Assembly (NCBI RefSeq): GCF_003918875.1
Contig: NW_025767409.1
Coordinates: 1-64,000, forward strand
Length of the DNA: 64,000 nucleotides
Source: Haliotis rubra
Lineage: Eukaryota
Direction of reading: 5' to 3'
Shown here: positions 11,845-25,326 of the stretch, one piece after another
Layout: each line of letters starts with the position of its first letter
Position numbering within the stretch: the first letter of the stretch is position 1
Translations under genes and position numbers: made by a program
The notes under the pieces: model-generated
Seen by the model: only the letters and a program-made list of their open reading frames with translations
Told to the model about the DNA's origin: nothing
Database searches by the model: none

Positions 11845-11902
11845 TCTCTGTGTGTCTGTCTGTGTGTCTGTCTGTGTGTCTGTCTGTCTGGCTGTGTGTG
11901 TG

Positions 11903-11942
<40 letters not shown>
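11845..11942. repeat. Compound microsatellite (TGTC)n/(TG)n/(TGCG)n
   Basis: Directly visible in the sequence. Confidence 0.95.
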
Positions 11943-13449
11943 TTGGGCACTTCCTGTAGGGCAGAACATGATTACCATGATTTTTAGTTATCCTTTCAGG
12001 TAATTTTTTGCGCTCTGTTATCCTTTACATCCAGCTGCATCGCAGGAAAATAGAGACTGATTATTCCGTGGCACTGATGTTGTATATTTAGGGAAGAAGC
12101 ATGAGCTACTTCAAATTTAAAAGCTTTTGGACAAAGATGATTAAGTCAAGAACGTGTGTCTGAGAGGCCTTCAGAAGATCTTTCACATTTGATTGACTTT
12201 TGAACCAGTAGGTACATAACGTACACTGATACTTCTGTTTTAGGCTTTGGCGCTGATGTTTTGTCAACAGTTGTCAATGTGATATGTCAAAATGACAGAA
12301 CATATTATGTGAATCCGTATACTATCATGAAAGTTACAAAGGACACGCTGAAAGTAAGGTGAGATATGATGCTCTTTTGGTGAATATTTGGATAGTCTTT
12401 CTAACATTGAATCATTTGCAGAGAAATGTTTCATAATTCTGCTGTTTTATAGTTCGGATAATGTATGTATTTGTTGCCTTGGTATTCCACATGGGCATAC
12501 GAACGTATGCTGTGCCTGTTTTGCTTCTTCTGTACCTAAATGGGAGGAAGGAGGGTTTTATAACGGGAAAAGATATAACCAAAACTCTGTAAAAAATATA
12601 TAGATCTGTAAATAGGCCTCACTAATCTGTCCTCTTCTTGTAAAAACTGTCTAAGGAATTCAGTTTCTTATAGCCATTTAAAATAGAAAAATAACCGATA
12701 ATCAACTTTTGTTTCAAATAATAATTGCCCTCATTTACATGGACACAATATGATCGTCTAAAAACTAAGACATCTATTTCCATACCTCCCCAAATCAAAT
12801 GGTAAGCTCATAATTAAAATCATTCGTTTTGCATATGTAAGCATATGTTAGGCTAAAATGTGAAATCTTCCTTTCATGTTTCAGAAGCATTCCAAAGGGA
12901 TATACAATGACAAACCTTCATCCAGAAGACGCCCACCACGTCAACACCAGGTGGTCTTTCAACGACGGCAGACACTCGGAGATTTACATAGAAGAACTCA
13001 TCAGCACACAACCATCTCGCTGCCTGTACAACGAGAAAGGCTCCTTGGTAGGGGTACGCCCTGAGACACCACAACGGGAGTATTGGCTTTCTACATGTCC
13101 TGGATGAACACCGAGGAAGGGTACGCCAAGGTGATCATGTCTCACCTTGCCAGTTTGTGCCTACAGCAGATGGAAGAGGTGTATGTGGAGGTCCACCAAA
13201 ACAATATAGCATCTATCGGTGTACAGAAAAGCATAGGGTTCACTCCCTCTCAAACCTGGGTTCACTGTGGTTGATAGAGAGTCGAGGATCTGAATGCTGA
13301 AAAGACGATAGTATTCTATTTCACTCCGTGTTGGTACATCTAATTCCAAGTGAAATATTAGGTAGTGGGTAATATCATATATGATTACATTAACAAGTTT
13401 CGTATTGGTTTCCACATAATGCTGTAATTGTACCATTCGCACGTGCTTC

Positions 13450-13672
13450 GACCCGTGAAGATCCGGGTTAGAATTGATTTTTCAGTAACCATGCTTGTCG
13501 TAAGAGGCGACTAACGGGATCGGGTGGTCAGGCTCGTATCCCAATTGCGTAGATCGATGTTCATGCTGTGGATCACTGGATTATCTGGTCCAGACTCAAT
13601 TATTTACACACCGCTGCCATATAGCTGGAATATTTCTGAGTGTGGCCTAAAATTAAACTCACTCACTCACTC
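13450..13672 (+). mobile_element. Family 2 SINE (structured head, no tRNA boxes)
   Basis: GACCCGTGAAGATCCGGGTTAGAAT...GTCGTAAGAGGCGACTAACGGG head, shared 3' tail GCTGGAATATT...(CACT)n. Confidence 0.88.
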
Positions 13673-14479
13673 ATAGAGTTCACTTAGTATTATATCCGAC
13701 TGAGCCGTAAGTTTGGGTTGTGCAGTTCTTATATTCAATCATAGCGTTGAGTCAAACTCCTTGACTTTTTACCAATATATAAAAGGAATAAAGCGTTGAA
13801 ATAATCGGAAGCAGGTTTGTGTGTTTAATTCGTGCCAGGGGTTTCCACGGGAATGTGGAAATGGTCCATCAGTCTTCTCGCGAACACCAGGTGCCATCGC
13901 TGACTGATCCCTTCGACTATTTTGCTTTTACGCCGATTGTTTTCGGCGGACATTTTGAGTTACTTTCTTCCCTGTCGTTGATGTTTTATGTAATTCATGT
14001 CAAGTGTTTTATTATATTTATGATTAGTTTATTACAGTGTCATGTGTTACAAGGTATAAACATTTAGTACACATATATATAATACAAAAAACAGGCCTCA
14101 GAAGGTCGAAATGACACTTCAAATATTACAAATGTATAGAATTTTAAGTAATATATGCGAAATGATTGCTCACATTAGATACACAGGTACACTCAAATGT
14201 TCATTCATGTATACCAGCACACCACATACCATGCAGATATACACATTTTAGTTCTCAAATATTCAGGTGCACACACACATACATACATGCATGTGTGTGT
14301 GTGTGTCATATGATGTTTGTATTTGAGTGAGTGAGTGAGATCAGCTGCACAATGTTAAGTTCATTATTTTGAGCTGATAAAACTAAACAGTTTGCATTCA
14401 GTGAGGATAAATCATCCGATATTCAATTCCAGAAAGTACTATACATACATATATACGTACGTACGTACGTACATACATG

Positions 14480-15480
14480 TATACATGATTAAAGTGTTCA
14501 TCATCCAACACAGATAAGTCACAGAAATTGCTGAAATGAGTATTACATGTAACAAACATTTCCTTAAATCATTACGACATTCCCAAACTACAACAACATG
14601 AACTTCATCCTCTATCAATTGTTCATTACATAGCTGACAGAGTCCAGGTGGGTCATAGGCTTGGTATACCTGCCACTTTCTATACCCAGTGTAATGAGGC
14701 TAATAAACTTTTGTTGTCTAGGGAGACATCTTCACATACTTCCATGAACGTCTAAAGTTTTCAGGGCGGTGGGGTAGCCCAGTGGTTAAAAGGTGTTCGC
14801 TCGTCACGCTGAAGACCGGGTTCGATTCCCCACATGGGTACAATGTGTGAAGCCCATTTCTGGTGTCCCCTGCCGTGATATTGCTGGAATATTACTAAAA
14901 GCGTAAAACCAAAGCTCACTCACTCACTCACTCTAATGTTTTCACAATTCACACATGAGGATCTTGTTTTGATATGACCACTTATGGACTATGGCATACA
15001 CAGATGTCTCACAAGAGATGATGGCTTTATGGAAACTTCGAAGAACTTAATCTCGGTGTCCATCCCGTCTCTCCTCCAGCAGCTTCACTGGAGGCTGATT
15101 TTTTCTCCTCCTATGACGAATCTGAACGCTTTATTCTGGATATACATGTAACTTATTTCTTTATACATATTAATACCCCACACATTTTGCACTTTAGTTA
15201 AAAACTGGTTGCACATAACTATCAAACAGCTTTGTGTACACACTACATGACTTAAACCACCCAGATGATTGAACTTGCTGAAAATAACTCCTTACATAGT
15301 TCTTTAACCTTTTCTTGTAGTCATAATATTCATTAAACCGCATTCCAAGACATTTACATTGTGTACAATGATCAATTCCAAGATAGTTATATTCTGTTCA
15401 ATAATCAGTATCAACTATTCCACATTTGAATTGAATATTACTCAAAATACATCCCCGAAGTCCTAACTGGTGTTGCAGTT
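14480..15480 (-). mobile_element. Highly decayed RTE-X-type LINE 3' fragment, interrupted by a family 1 SINE at 14763-14932
   Basis: Minus strand gives LGIESGRY...CQLCNEQLIEDEVHV, the same C-terminal module as the element at 17.5-19.1 kb. Confidence 0.55.
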
Positions 15481-15732
15481 TATACCATAACATATTTCTT
15501 TGTACAGGGTCGACAAGAATGAAGTTTCAAAATGTGTCGTTCGCGCATTTTTCAACACGTGTGTGGCCGGGGAAATTAGCTCAGAAATGAAATCATTGAA
15601 ATGAGTACGAACTTCATTTTCATTCGGTTAAAAATAAACAGATAAATTGATAAAATACAGTGATTCCATCTCTGCAACTACAAGCAAGTCAAGTTCAACA
15701 AGTGGGTGTATCTTATTCGTCTGTACAATTGG

Positions 15733-15893
15733 TGAGTGAGTGACTTTAGTTTTACGTCGCTTTTAGCGATATTCCAGCAATATCACGGCGGGGACACCAG
15801 AAATGGGCTTCACATTGTACCCATGTGGGGAATCGAACCCGGGTCTTCGGCGTGACGAGCGAACGCTTTAACCACTGGGCTACCCACCGCCCC
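15733..15893 (-). mobile_element. tRNA-derived SINE (family 1)
   Basis: Near-consensus copy on the minus strand. Confidence 0.9.
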
Positions 15894-16498
15894 AGGTATG
15901 GTATGAACTTCGTATTGCCAGCTACAAGTGCAATGTCACGAGGTAACGTGCGCGTGGATGTCACAGTAATCTAATCCTTTGTTTGAGGATTATATGCGGC
16001 AACCACGTGAGGGGCGTGACCACCGCCCCGTCTGTACAAACCAACGCAAGAGGAAGACCAGATGTAACAACGCCAGGAGAGATTAATGGTGTAAATCGAT
16101 TGAGGGTGTAAATGGTATAAAGTGAAATACAAATACCCAATGCTAAAATTTACCGCTATTACGCATTGATTACAGCATGTGAAATAGTTTTGATTTTCCC
16201 CAACGATAAGCAACTCAATGCTGCACAAGTGTGAAGTCACCTTCATACCATAATTTTTTAAACAAAATACGTTGTGAAAACAGATTGCTAAGAAGTCATG
16301 TGGCCGGCGTTCAGTGGAAAACTCGTGTATCATGTAAACTTCACATTTAAAAGTTCTCATGATTTAATCAACGACTTTTAATACTATCTGGAGATCATGT
16401 ATTGACTGAATGAGTGAGTTCGGCTTTACGCAGCTTTTAGTAATTTCAGCAATATCACGGTGGGGAACAACAGAAATGGGCTTCACACATTCCCATTA

Positions 16499-17478
16499 TG
16501 TTTGACCTGTTCTTACCTCGGGCCTGAAGATGGGCCTGGGCATGTTTGACCCGCTCTGGACTCAAAACCTGAAGATGTGCCTGTGAGCGTTTGACCTGTT
16601 CTTACCTCGGGCCTGAAGATGAGCCTGTGAGTGTTTGACCTGTTCTTACCTCGGGCCTGAACATGAGCCTTTGAGTGTTTGACCTGTTCTTACCTCGGGC
16701 CTGAAGATGAGCCTGTGAGTGTTTGACCTGTTCTTACCTTGGGCCTGAACATGGGCCTGTGAGTGTTTGACCTGTTCTTACCTCGGGCCTGAAGATGAGC
16801 CTGTGAGTGTTTGACCTGTTCTTACCTCGGGCCTGAAGATGAGCCTGTGAGTGTTTGACCTGTTCTTACCTCGGGCCTGAACATGAGCCTGTGAGTGTTT
16901 GACCTGTTCTTACCTCGGGCCTGAAGATGAGCCTGTGAGTGTTTGACCTGTTCTTACCTCGGGCCTGAACATGAGCCTCTGAGTGTTTGACCTGTTCTTA
17001 CCTCGGGCCTGAACATGGGCCTGTGAGTGTTTGACCTGTTCTTACCTCGGGCCTGAACATGGGCCTGTGAGTGTTTGACCTGTTCTTACCTCGGGCCTGA
17101 AGATGAGCCTGTGAGTGTTTGACCTGTTCTTACCTCGGGCCTGAAGATGAGCCTGTGAGTGTTTGACCTGTTCTTACCTCTGAAGATGGGCCTGAACATG
17201 AGCCTGTGAGTGTTTGACCTGTTCTTACCTCGGGCCTGAAGATGAGCCTGTGAGTGTTTGACCTGTTCTTACCTCGGGCCTGAAGATGAGCCTGTGAGTG
17301 TTTGACCTGTTCTTACCTCGGGCCTGAAGATGGGCCTGTGAGTGTTTGACCTGTTCTTACCTCGGGCCTGAAGATGAGCCTGTGAGTGTTTAACCTGTTC
17401 TTACCTCGGGCCTGAACATGAGCCTGTGAGTGTTTGACCTGTTCTCTCCTTGGGCCTGAAGATGTACCTGTGCGTGTT
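16499..17478. repeat. 44-bp minisatellite, about 22 units
   Basis: Unit TGTTTGACCTGTTCTTACCTCGGGCCTGAA(G/C)ATG(A/G)GCCTGTGAG. Confidence 0.97.
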
Positions 17479-17504
17479 TCACATGTTCTTGACTCGGATC
17501 AGAC

Positions 17505-19072
17505 TTTTTGTAGACTTTTCAAAGCGTTTGATTTGGTGAATAAGGCAAAATTATGGTCTGTATTAAATGAGAAGGGCGTGTCTACCAAAATGTGGAATTG
17601 TGTCCGATCCATCTATGATTGTGTCAAATCTTGCGTTAAATCACATAATATGTTTTCCGAAATGTTCCAGTGTAATATTGGAGTGCGTCAAGGGTGTGTC
17701 TTAAGCCCCTTTCTATTTTCTATTTTTATAGATGATTTGGATAGTGAAATTGAGTCATCTTGTTATCCTGGTATACAGATGCATCCAGAACTAACGCAAG
17801 TATTTCTCTTGCTGTTCGCTGACGACGTAGTACTCCTCTCCGGTACTATCTGTGGCCTACAAAAGCGTATCAATGTTTTGGAAAAGTATTGTATCGAGTA
17901 TGACCTTTCCGTTAATCTAGATAAATCCAAAATTGTTGTCTTTAGAAATGGAGGTAAGTTCTCTAAATATGAAAAGTGGTTTTGAGTGGCATGAGAATAG
18001 ATTGTGTCCCATGGTATAAGTATTTGGGTGTTCTTCTTTTCTCAAAGCTCGTCGTGGCATAAACATTTTGATAATTTCATTCTACAATCTAAAAAGGCCC
18101 TCTAAAGTATTATTCGGTCACTATCGAAGCTAAAACCTATTCGTGGTGACATTTTCTTCAGGATGTTTTATTCAAAAAGTGTTACAAATCCTTCTCTATG
18201 GGGCTGAAGTCTGGGGGTTGGATTGTGATATTAGTTCACCAATTGAGAAAGTTCAAACTCTGGCTTGTAAATATCTGCTTTGTTTCAAAATATCAACCCC
18301 TAATCACATCGTTCGGGGTGAGTGTGGCAGATACCCTGTCTATGTTTATGCTTACAAACTTTGTATTAAATAATGGTATCAATTGTTGAATATGCCAGTA
18401 TCTCGTCTGCCCAGAAAGTGCTATAACTTATTATTGTTAGATGCTGCCCATGGTAAAACAAATTGGGTATCAAAGCCTAAGTTATTACTTTTGGGATTTG
18501 AATATATATGGGAAAGACAGTATATTAGTATTGTAAATTCCTTCCTGTCTGAATTTATGATCAGGGCTCAGCATATATCCCATCAAGAATGGCATAAATC
18601 GTTATCATCAAGTTCTAAAACTTATTCATATTCTCTTTTCAAGTGTAATCTATCTATGGAATCATATCCAAGTGTTATTAACGTTAGTAAATTTCGCATT
18701 GCACTCGCACAGTTTCGCTGTGGTTCCCATCAATTAAATATTGAGACAGGTAGATACACAAATAAGCCCAGACATCACAGGTTATGTAACATATACGACA
18801 ATGGATATATAGAAAACGAGTATCATTTCCTTTTAGTGTGTACTGCATACAGTTCCTTGAGCACTATATATATTCCTGCCAAGTTTTACACATACCCATC
18901 TTAGTCAAATTACAATATATTGATGACCTCAAACAATACCTTTGTCATCAGAAATGTAGCAATGTTTATTTATTATGCTGTAAAGCACCGCCAATTATAT
19001 ATGGCTGCAAACATTTAATATCTGTATTATGTGGGCCGATGGCCTACATACACTCTGCGAATAAAGAATATT
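17505..19072 (+). mobile_element. 5'-truncated RTE-X-type LINE (RT plus C-terminal cysteine module), decayed
   Basis: FKAFDLV...GVRQGCVLSPFLFSIFIDDL...LLFADDVVL...YKYLG...LYGAEVWG...FRCGSHQLNIETGRY...ENEYHFLLVC, ending near AATAAAGAATATTAT. Confidence 0.88.
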
Positions 19073-19934
19073 ATGGACTCGGATTCATCACCACTTTTAC
19101 CATTGTCGATACTTCTAAATCCTAAATAACCACACAAAAATGATCTGTAATTGTCTGTTAAGAGTGCAGTAAAGAGTTTAGAAAAGTATCTGTTATATCA
19201 CAGCTCACAGCTGCGAGAGCTATTCGTGCCGTGTGATTATGTATATGCTGCTTTAAACTGGTAGACTTCGCTACATAAACAAAACAGGCTCAACAGCTGT
19301 TGAAACTGACATGAAATGAATTGTATAATAGCCATCAATATATCATACCTGTATTTCATGTCTGACGGGCGATGATAAACTGGAGGCTATGATGCCACAG
19401 TCAGATTAGAAGGTCGGGTCCCATGCGCGAGTTCTGGGAGGTCTCCAAGTTGACGGTGTTGTCGCAGTGCATGTTGTCCTGAACATCACGTAAGTGTCCC
19501 ATGGAGTAGGGTCGGTAGCAATCACTGGTCACGGTAATATACTCATTGTCAACACATAAATCACCAGCTGCTTCAATACGTACATGCCTGAACGTCTATA
19601 ACTGACTCAGGTCTTACATCGAATATTTGTTGTTTTGTTTTCAATTTACTCAGGTGTATGTCATGGCTATTGTTCTGACCAAACAGCACCTGCCCCGTCT
19701 CCTAGCGACTCTACAAAACATTCAGAGGGGCGTATCAGGTGAGAATGTTTAGTTTACTTAGCTTTTGTTCTGTTTGATGATTGTACTTTTACTTTCTGAA
19801 CATATGGCAGAATGGTTGAGGCTATAAGGATCATAAGGTTCACTTATTTATATTGTCGCATACGTGAACAGGTTGAAGTCATGATTTTCTTTGCTCTCCC
19901 GAATTTCGCCCAGATCTTAGATTCCGAAGATACT

Positions 19935-20136
19935 TTCAGTAGCCCATGCTAACGGGATCGGGTGGTCAGGCTCGCTGAATTGGTTGACACATGTCATCGG
20001 TTCCCAATTGTGCAGTTCGATGCTCATGCTGTTGATCACTGGATTGCCTGGTCCAGATTCGATTATTTACAGACCGCCGCCATATAGCTGGAATATTGCT
20101 GAGTGCGGCGTAAAACTAAACTCATTCACTCACTCA
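19935..20136 (+). mobile_element. Family 2 SINE, partial head
   Basis: CTAACGGGATCGGGTGGTCAGGCTCGCTGA... through to the (CACT)n tail. Confidence 0.85.
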
Positions 20137-20276
20137 TGTATGATGCTACCCCGTCACCCCCTCCACCTCGTATGAATAAGGACAATGTAGTTAATAGTTA
20201 TGGGAAGCAATAATTCTTAGACTTACACAGATTATTTAATGTCCAGATTCTAAATTGAAGATGGTCAGAAACATCT

Positions 20277-20397
20277 GGGCCCTTATTCTCGAAACGTTCG
20301 TAGCCCTAAGAATTCTTAACTTAGATCGTAGCCAATGTGTTAAGAATGAGCTTTAGATGTTCGCAGGGCTACGAACGTTTCGAGAATAGCTAGCCTG
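20277..20397. mobile_element. Palindromic MITE
   Basis: Inverted arms TATTCTCGAAACGTTCGTAGCCCT / AGGGCTACGAACGTTTCGAGAATA. Confidence 0.75.
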
Positions 20398-21575
20398 GTG
20401 ATTTTACCTGCATTGGTCCCAGTGGTTTTGGTACCCTTGACTACATATGTGCCCCATTTTGCTTGTATTCAACTGTGACTGAATTTACTCGCTATGAATC
20501 TGATCACCTTCCCTTAGAAGTAACACATTTCCATGACCAGAATGTGAATATACATGTACGTCCATCTGTGTCACAGTATCCAGACTGATTAGTATATAAA
20601 TATAAATGGAAAAGTGAGTATGAAGAAGAATATATCAATGAAATCAAATCAGAGTATGTAAGTAATTGTGTTAGTAAATTCATGGAACATGTTTTACTGA
20701 TGATATTGAAACAGCTGCGTGTAGTCTGATAGATATACTGCATTAAAGTGGAAGATGTATGCTTACAAGTGAGAAGGTCTCAAGAAAAAAACCCAGAATA
20801 CTTTGATTTAGAATGCAAAAAGTTAAAGAAGAATACGTTTCCTGAAATTTGGAGTTCTGCAATAATTATACCGATTTATAAGAAAGAAAATGCCAATGAA
20901 GCTGGTGTTTTTGGTGAATATCAAGGTGGTTTTAGAAAAAACACAACTCGACAATTGATAATATATTTATTCTTCAATCATTTACTCAAAAGCATATGTT
21001 GATTTTAAAAAGGCTTTTGACATGTTTAATAGGTAAAAGGTGCTATATCTTCTTCTGAAAAATGGTATACATGGAAATACATTTTAATGTTCTCCCAAAT
21101 CTGTACAACAGCACTTTGGGTACCTTGTGGGGATGAGGCTGTGTGATAACTCGCCGCGCCTAACAGGCTGCATGAGTTGAATACTAACCATGGAGTTGGG
21201 TTGCCAGAAAAAAGACATCCGTTGATCAAGGGAACACTTCAGGCCCTTGAGGATGTACTAGTTGCGTGGATGTGTGCGCGATGAAAGGTGAAACCTGATG
21301 TTTGATAGGCATTTAGAAGTAGGTAGAGTAATACAACAATAGTACACCAATTAAATGTATCCTGAATGTCAGTAAATCCTTCCTGAATGCTGTACGGAGA
21401 ATGTGGAAGATATCCCTTTTACGTCAATTTGTATCAGATACGGGCTAAGAATAATTGTCATGTCATTATATAGGCACCCAAAACAATGCTATCTTATGTT
21501 GAAACAAACGTGTGATAGAAAACGTACAAACTGAACTTCTAATATTATGCAGCTATTATTCACTTATGGTTTTGG

Positions 21576-21884
21576 AGCGGAAGGTTGCGGGTTCGATCCC
21601 CGACCGCGTCATACCAAAAGACGTTAAAATATGGTACTTGTTGGTCCCTGCCTGGCGCTCGGCATTAATGGGTACAACAAGGACTGGTCGGCTTGGAGTC
21701 AGTATACTGTGTCTGAGTGGGGTATTCATGCTTCACTGCGGCATGGTATCTCAGTGGGCTAGCACTATAAATCCAGTCTGGGCTAGTACAAGCAGCCGCA
21801 CATACACATACACACGCATGCACGTCGTCATATGAGCGAAATATTCTCAAGCACGACGTTAAACCCAATTTCACCTCACCTCAC
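21576..21884 (+). mobile_element. Meta-domain tRNA SINE (family 3), 5'-truncated
   Basis: B box GGTTCGATCCC, core GACTGGTCGGCTTGGAGTCAGTATACTGTGTCTGAGTGG...CAGTGGGCTAGCACTATAAA, (CACCT)n tail, and TSD CTTATGGTTTTGG. Confidence 0.85.
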
Positions 21885-23264
21885 CTTATGGTTTTGGTCA
21901 TGTCTGGATACAGCAGGGAGAAGGGGATGTTGATTTATTTTTAAAGGTATTTAAGGAAAGATACATTGACTGTGCCAAACAAGCCATGCAGAACTTACAG
22001 ACAAAGCCACCTTACAATTGTAATCTGCAATAAAACCATCATTTACTTCACAATTGTACATATATGATCTTAATAATATAAAACATCGGATGGCACTGCT
22101 TATTTTTAACAGCTGGTACAATTGTCTAAGAATACAAATTATTAGAAGGGTTTTGTGATTATCAAAGTCCTGATTCTAAATGTTCTTTATCTAATGTAAC
22201 CAAAGATGAAATCCATATCATTTATTATTGTCCAATTTATCAAATTCTTCGTGATGATGTACCACTAAATAACTTCGATTTATTTTCAAACACAGCAGAA
22301 CTATTAATGGTTTAAGAAATTTAATGAATTCTAATGATTATACAGTCAAACCCCGATGAGTCGAATGCCGGTGTCTCGAATATTATGCATAACACGAAGT
22401 ATCTGTCGGTCCCGACCATTCCCTGTAATTTCATGATCAGGAAAATACTTAAACAATGTGACTCATATGCGAGGAAAATTCCTTTGTGACGCATGTGTGT
22501 ATTTACATGACAATATTAATGCACCGTGTTGAAGGTCAACTGGCCTTGAAAACAATAAACCATTGAATTGCCGATGTTATTTCTTTTCAATAGATCAAAG
22601 GTGAAATATGCTCAAAACTCCAGTCTGTGATAACTGACTACGACTTCATCGTGGACCGCTGGCCAGATTACAGAGCACTGGTCGTGCGTGTTGATCCTGC
22701 AACTGCAAAGGTGACCGTAAAGATCAATGCTCCCAGCAAAGTAGCATCTTTTAGCATGAACACAGATTTATGTTCATAAACTGTCGGAAACATGTATGCA
22801 CTGACATTAACTTTATACGTTTGAGATAATAATTTCATTTTTAAATTTACTTTAGAAAATATGAACGGTGAACCAATATCTGTTACGAAATTAACTCGAT
22901 CATCAAAGCCCTCTGTTTTCAAGTGCAGCGTCAACACATATTACCAAAGTTTCAAATTACCAAAGTTAGGATATTTTTCTTCAAATTCAATGTTCGCAGG
23001 ATTACAAACACATACTCATGATATAGTCACAATTGTACAATCGACTTAGCAGAGATTTCTTCTAGATGTGGAAAGGGTTTTGTCGCTACTATTTAAACCA
23101 CTGCAGTCATGACAAGGCTTCATGAAGACCTCTATTTCAGCACCCTGTCCACCTGGGCAACCGTATACATGTTTACACCACAGACAGAGATGCCCTGGAA
23201 GTGATGCTTCAACAGCCTGGCGTCATACAGTGGTCAGAAAAGAGCGTTTTTTATGTGAGTGCAT

Positions 23265-23440
23265 TGTTTTGTTTCTTTGTTTACTTAACGCCGCACTCAA
23301 CAACATTCCAGCTATATGGCAGCGGTGTGAAAATAATCATGTCTGGACCAGACAATCCAGGGATCAACATCATGAACATCAATCTACGAATTGGGACTCG
23401 ATGATATGTGCGAACTAAGTCAGCGAGTCTGACCACCTGA
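23265..23440 (-). mobile_element. Family 2 SINE 3' part
   Basis: Reverse complement of the family 2 body and tail. Its remnant is also at 7900-7950 in copy A, so it predates the gene duplication. Confidence 0.75.
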
Positions 23441-23499
23441 TGAGTGCACTGATGAAGTCAATCAGGGACACCAGTGTTTGCCCAAGTTATTTCACACCG

Positions 23500-24300
23500 G
23501 TAGAAGTACGCGGATAGATTAAACCATTCTGAGCGACGTATAGAAAGAATGGATTAAAAGTGAGTCTTCAGTATAAATTTTAGAAAGTGCATTCATCAAA
23601 TACTTGGCTTGATACCAAAAGCCATAAAAGAAAATCGGAGTACAACACAAAGGATTTATGTCCTTCCAAGTGCCAAGGAGGTTTACAGTATAGTTTAAGA
23701 ATGGCAGGAGTTCATTGAAGTCAAACCCCGTTATGGAAGACCAGGGATGCAACAAAACAAAAATAATCTGGAGAATCCACGATGTGGCGATGGCCGAATG
23801 AGACAAGCATATTCCACTATGGAGAATGAGGGAACACATTCCACTATGGAAAGGTTCTTTCAACGATTTGTTACCATGAAACGCGGTCCATCACTTCCAA
23901 CAACAACCAACAGAGTGGAAATATTTAATATCACCACTACCAAGAAGAGTGTACCATCATCTGGAAAGGTTATGATGTCTGTATACTGGGGTGCCGATGG
24001 TGTCGTCATGGAAGGCTATCTATCGAAAGACCAGACAATTCTCAGACGCTGAGAAAAGGTGTGCTCCTCCATAAGGAGACTGCGTCAGTGCACAAATCAG
24101 TAATGACTACAACAAACGTGTGTGACAATTCTTCAACACTACCCTGATCTAGCTCCGTCAAACGTCAAAACTCCATTTTGGGATCACAGCTGTGGAGAAC
24201 GTCTTTGATAGCCTAGTGACGAACAAAACGGGAGAAAAGGAAATTGGCAAAAGTGTGCCAGTGAGGACGGGGATGATGAATGTGTTGTAACCATTTCATT
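23500..24300 (+). mobile_element. Decayed mariner (DD34D-type) transposase
   Basis: RFVTM(D)ETR, SSGKVMMSVYWGADGVV (compare GKVMASVFWD) and YPDLAPS. Confidence 0.7.
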
Positions 24301-25326
24301 TCAAAGCAGAATGTATCACATCTTGCCTACTTTTTGGCAAATTGTTTGAAGTGCTTCCGGTAGGGCAGGACATTGTTATCCTTTTTCTCGAACACCTGGT
24401 GTCGTGACTGATTGTCAGATGTCCATTCCTATGTGTTTTCACAGCTGTTTCGCCCTAAATGGAATCTATTTCTGAGGACAGTGTAGGTATTCTGCAGCAC
24501 AGCGGTATATAATATATTTGATAAACGTTTCTGATTTCATTCTATGACAAGCAGAAGAGCTCTGTCTTGTACAGAGCAGACTTAAGTCAAAATTATCATA
24601 TAGTTTCAGCAAAATCAGTTGACTGCCTGATCTATCTCTCTTTATTAACAGCGGGAAATGTTCTTTTGATTTACAACTCTTTTATTATTAATGTAAGAGA
24701 CGTTTCGGTATAGGTGCTGCCATCATTATCAAGCAGGTTCTTGGGACGTTATCTCTGTACTGTCTTCACAAGACCCGATAGTTTGGGGAACTGTGAAGCG
24801 GCTACATGTGATAAACGAACGTTTGCTCTTTGTACACATTATTGTGTGTTAGGTGCTACCTATAGGGAAGAACATGATTACGCTTCTCGCGAGCACCTGG
24901 TGTCATCACCCATTTTCAGTTATCCTCGTATATAATTGTATGCACTATTTTGTCTTTTACGCCCAAACGGACAATCAAGACTAATTTTTTGGTGTATTAT
25001 TTTTTGGTGTATTATTTACGGAAAAGGGCATGAACTACTTCAAAATTTAGAACCTTTTCCCTGAAGAAGATGTTGTACTTTTGACCTTTATCAAATACGT
25101 ACATAACGTACTCTGATACATCTCTGTTTTAGGCTTTGGCGCTGATGTTTTGTCAACAGTTGTCGATGTGATATGTCAAAATGACAGGACGTATGATGTG
25201 GACCCATATATTGTCATGAAAGTTACAATGGACACGCTGAAACTAAGGTGAGATATGATGCTCGTTTGGACAACTGGGGGAAATTGTGGACTCTACGTTG
25301 ATGACACTTCAGTAATTGTCAACTTT

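Larger units (their letters stand above)
4256..13274 (+). pseudogene. Glycine N-acyltransferase-like GNAT gene, copy A (exons 4256-4329, 4570-4688, 7778-7892, 12244-12358, 12885-13274); frameshifted
   Basis: GT-AG exons translate to MAIVLTKQHL..., FIVDRWP (GLYAT N-domain VDxWP motif), GNTTHVYATDRGALEVMLQQPGVLQWS, and IPKGYTMTNLHPEDAHHVNTRW...GSIGFLHVLDEHRGxGYAKVIMSHL...NNIAS...KSIGF (GNAT acetyl-CoA motif A, FR47-like). There are 1-bp indels in exons 1, 2 and 5, and TGA-TAG where copy B has GGA-TAC. Confidence 0.85.

Noticed and set aside
11372-11987. Recurrent short ORFs such as MLMLLITGLSGPD... and MGFTHCAHVG...
   Set aside because: They are translations of SINE copies and a microsatellite, not host genes.
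15733-15893. tRNA genes at the GGGGCGGTGGGGTAGCC... copies
   Set aside because: There is no acceptor-stem closure, and the heads run into a SINE body, tail and TSDs.
16499-17478. CRISPR array or hammerhead ribozyme array (CTGAAGA motif)
   Set aside because: The units abut with no unique spacers, the context is eukaryotic with no cas genes, and there is no GAAA core or stem III for a hammerhead.
20697-20730. CTGATGA-TATT-GAAA minimal hammerhead-like core
   Set aside because: No convincing stems I or III, and it lies in decayed LINE-like sequence.
21130-21290. CENP-B/Tigger HTH-like peptide (LQALEDVLVAWM)
   Set aside because: Too short and degraded to call with confidence.
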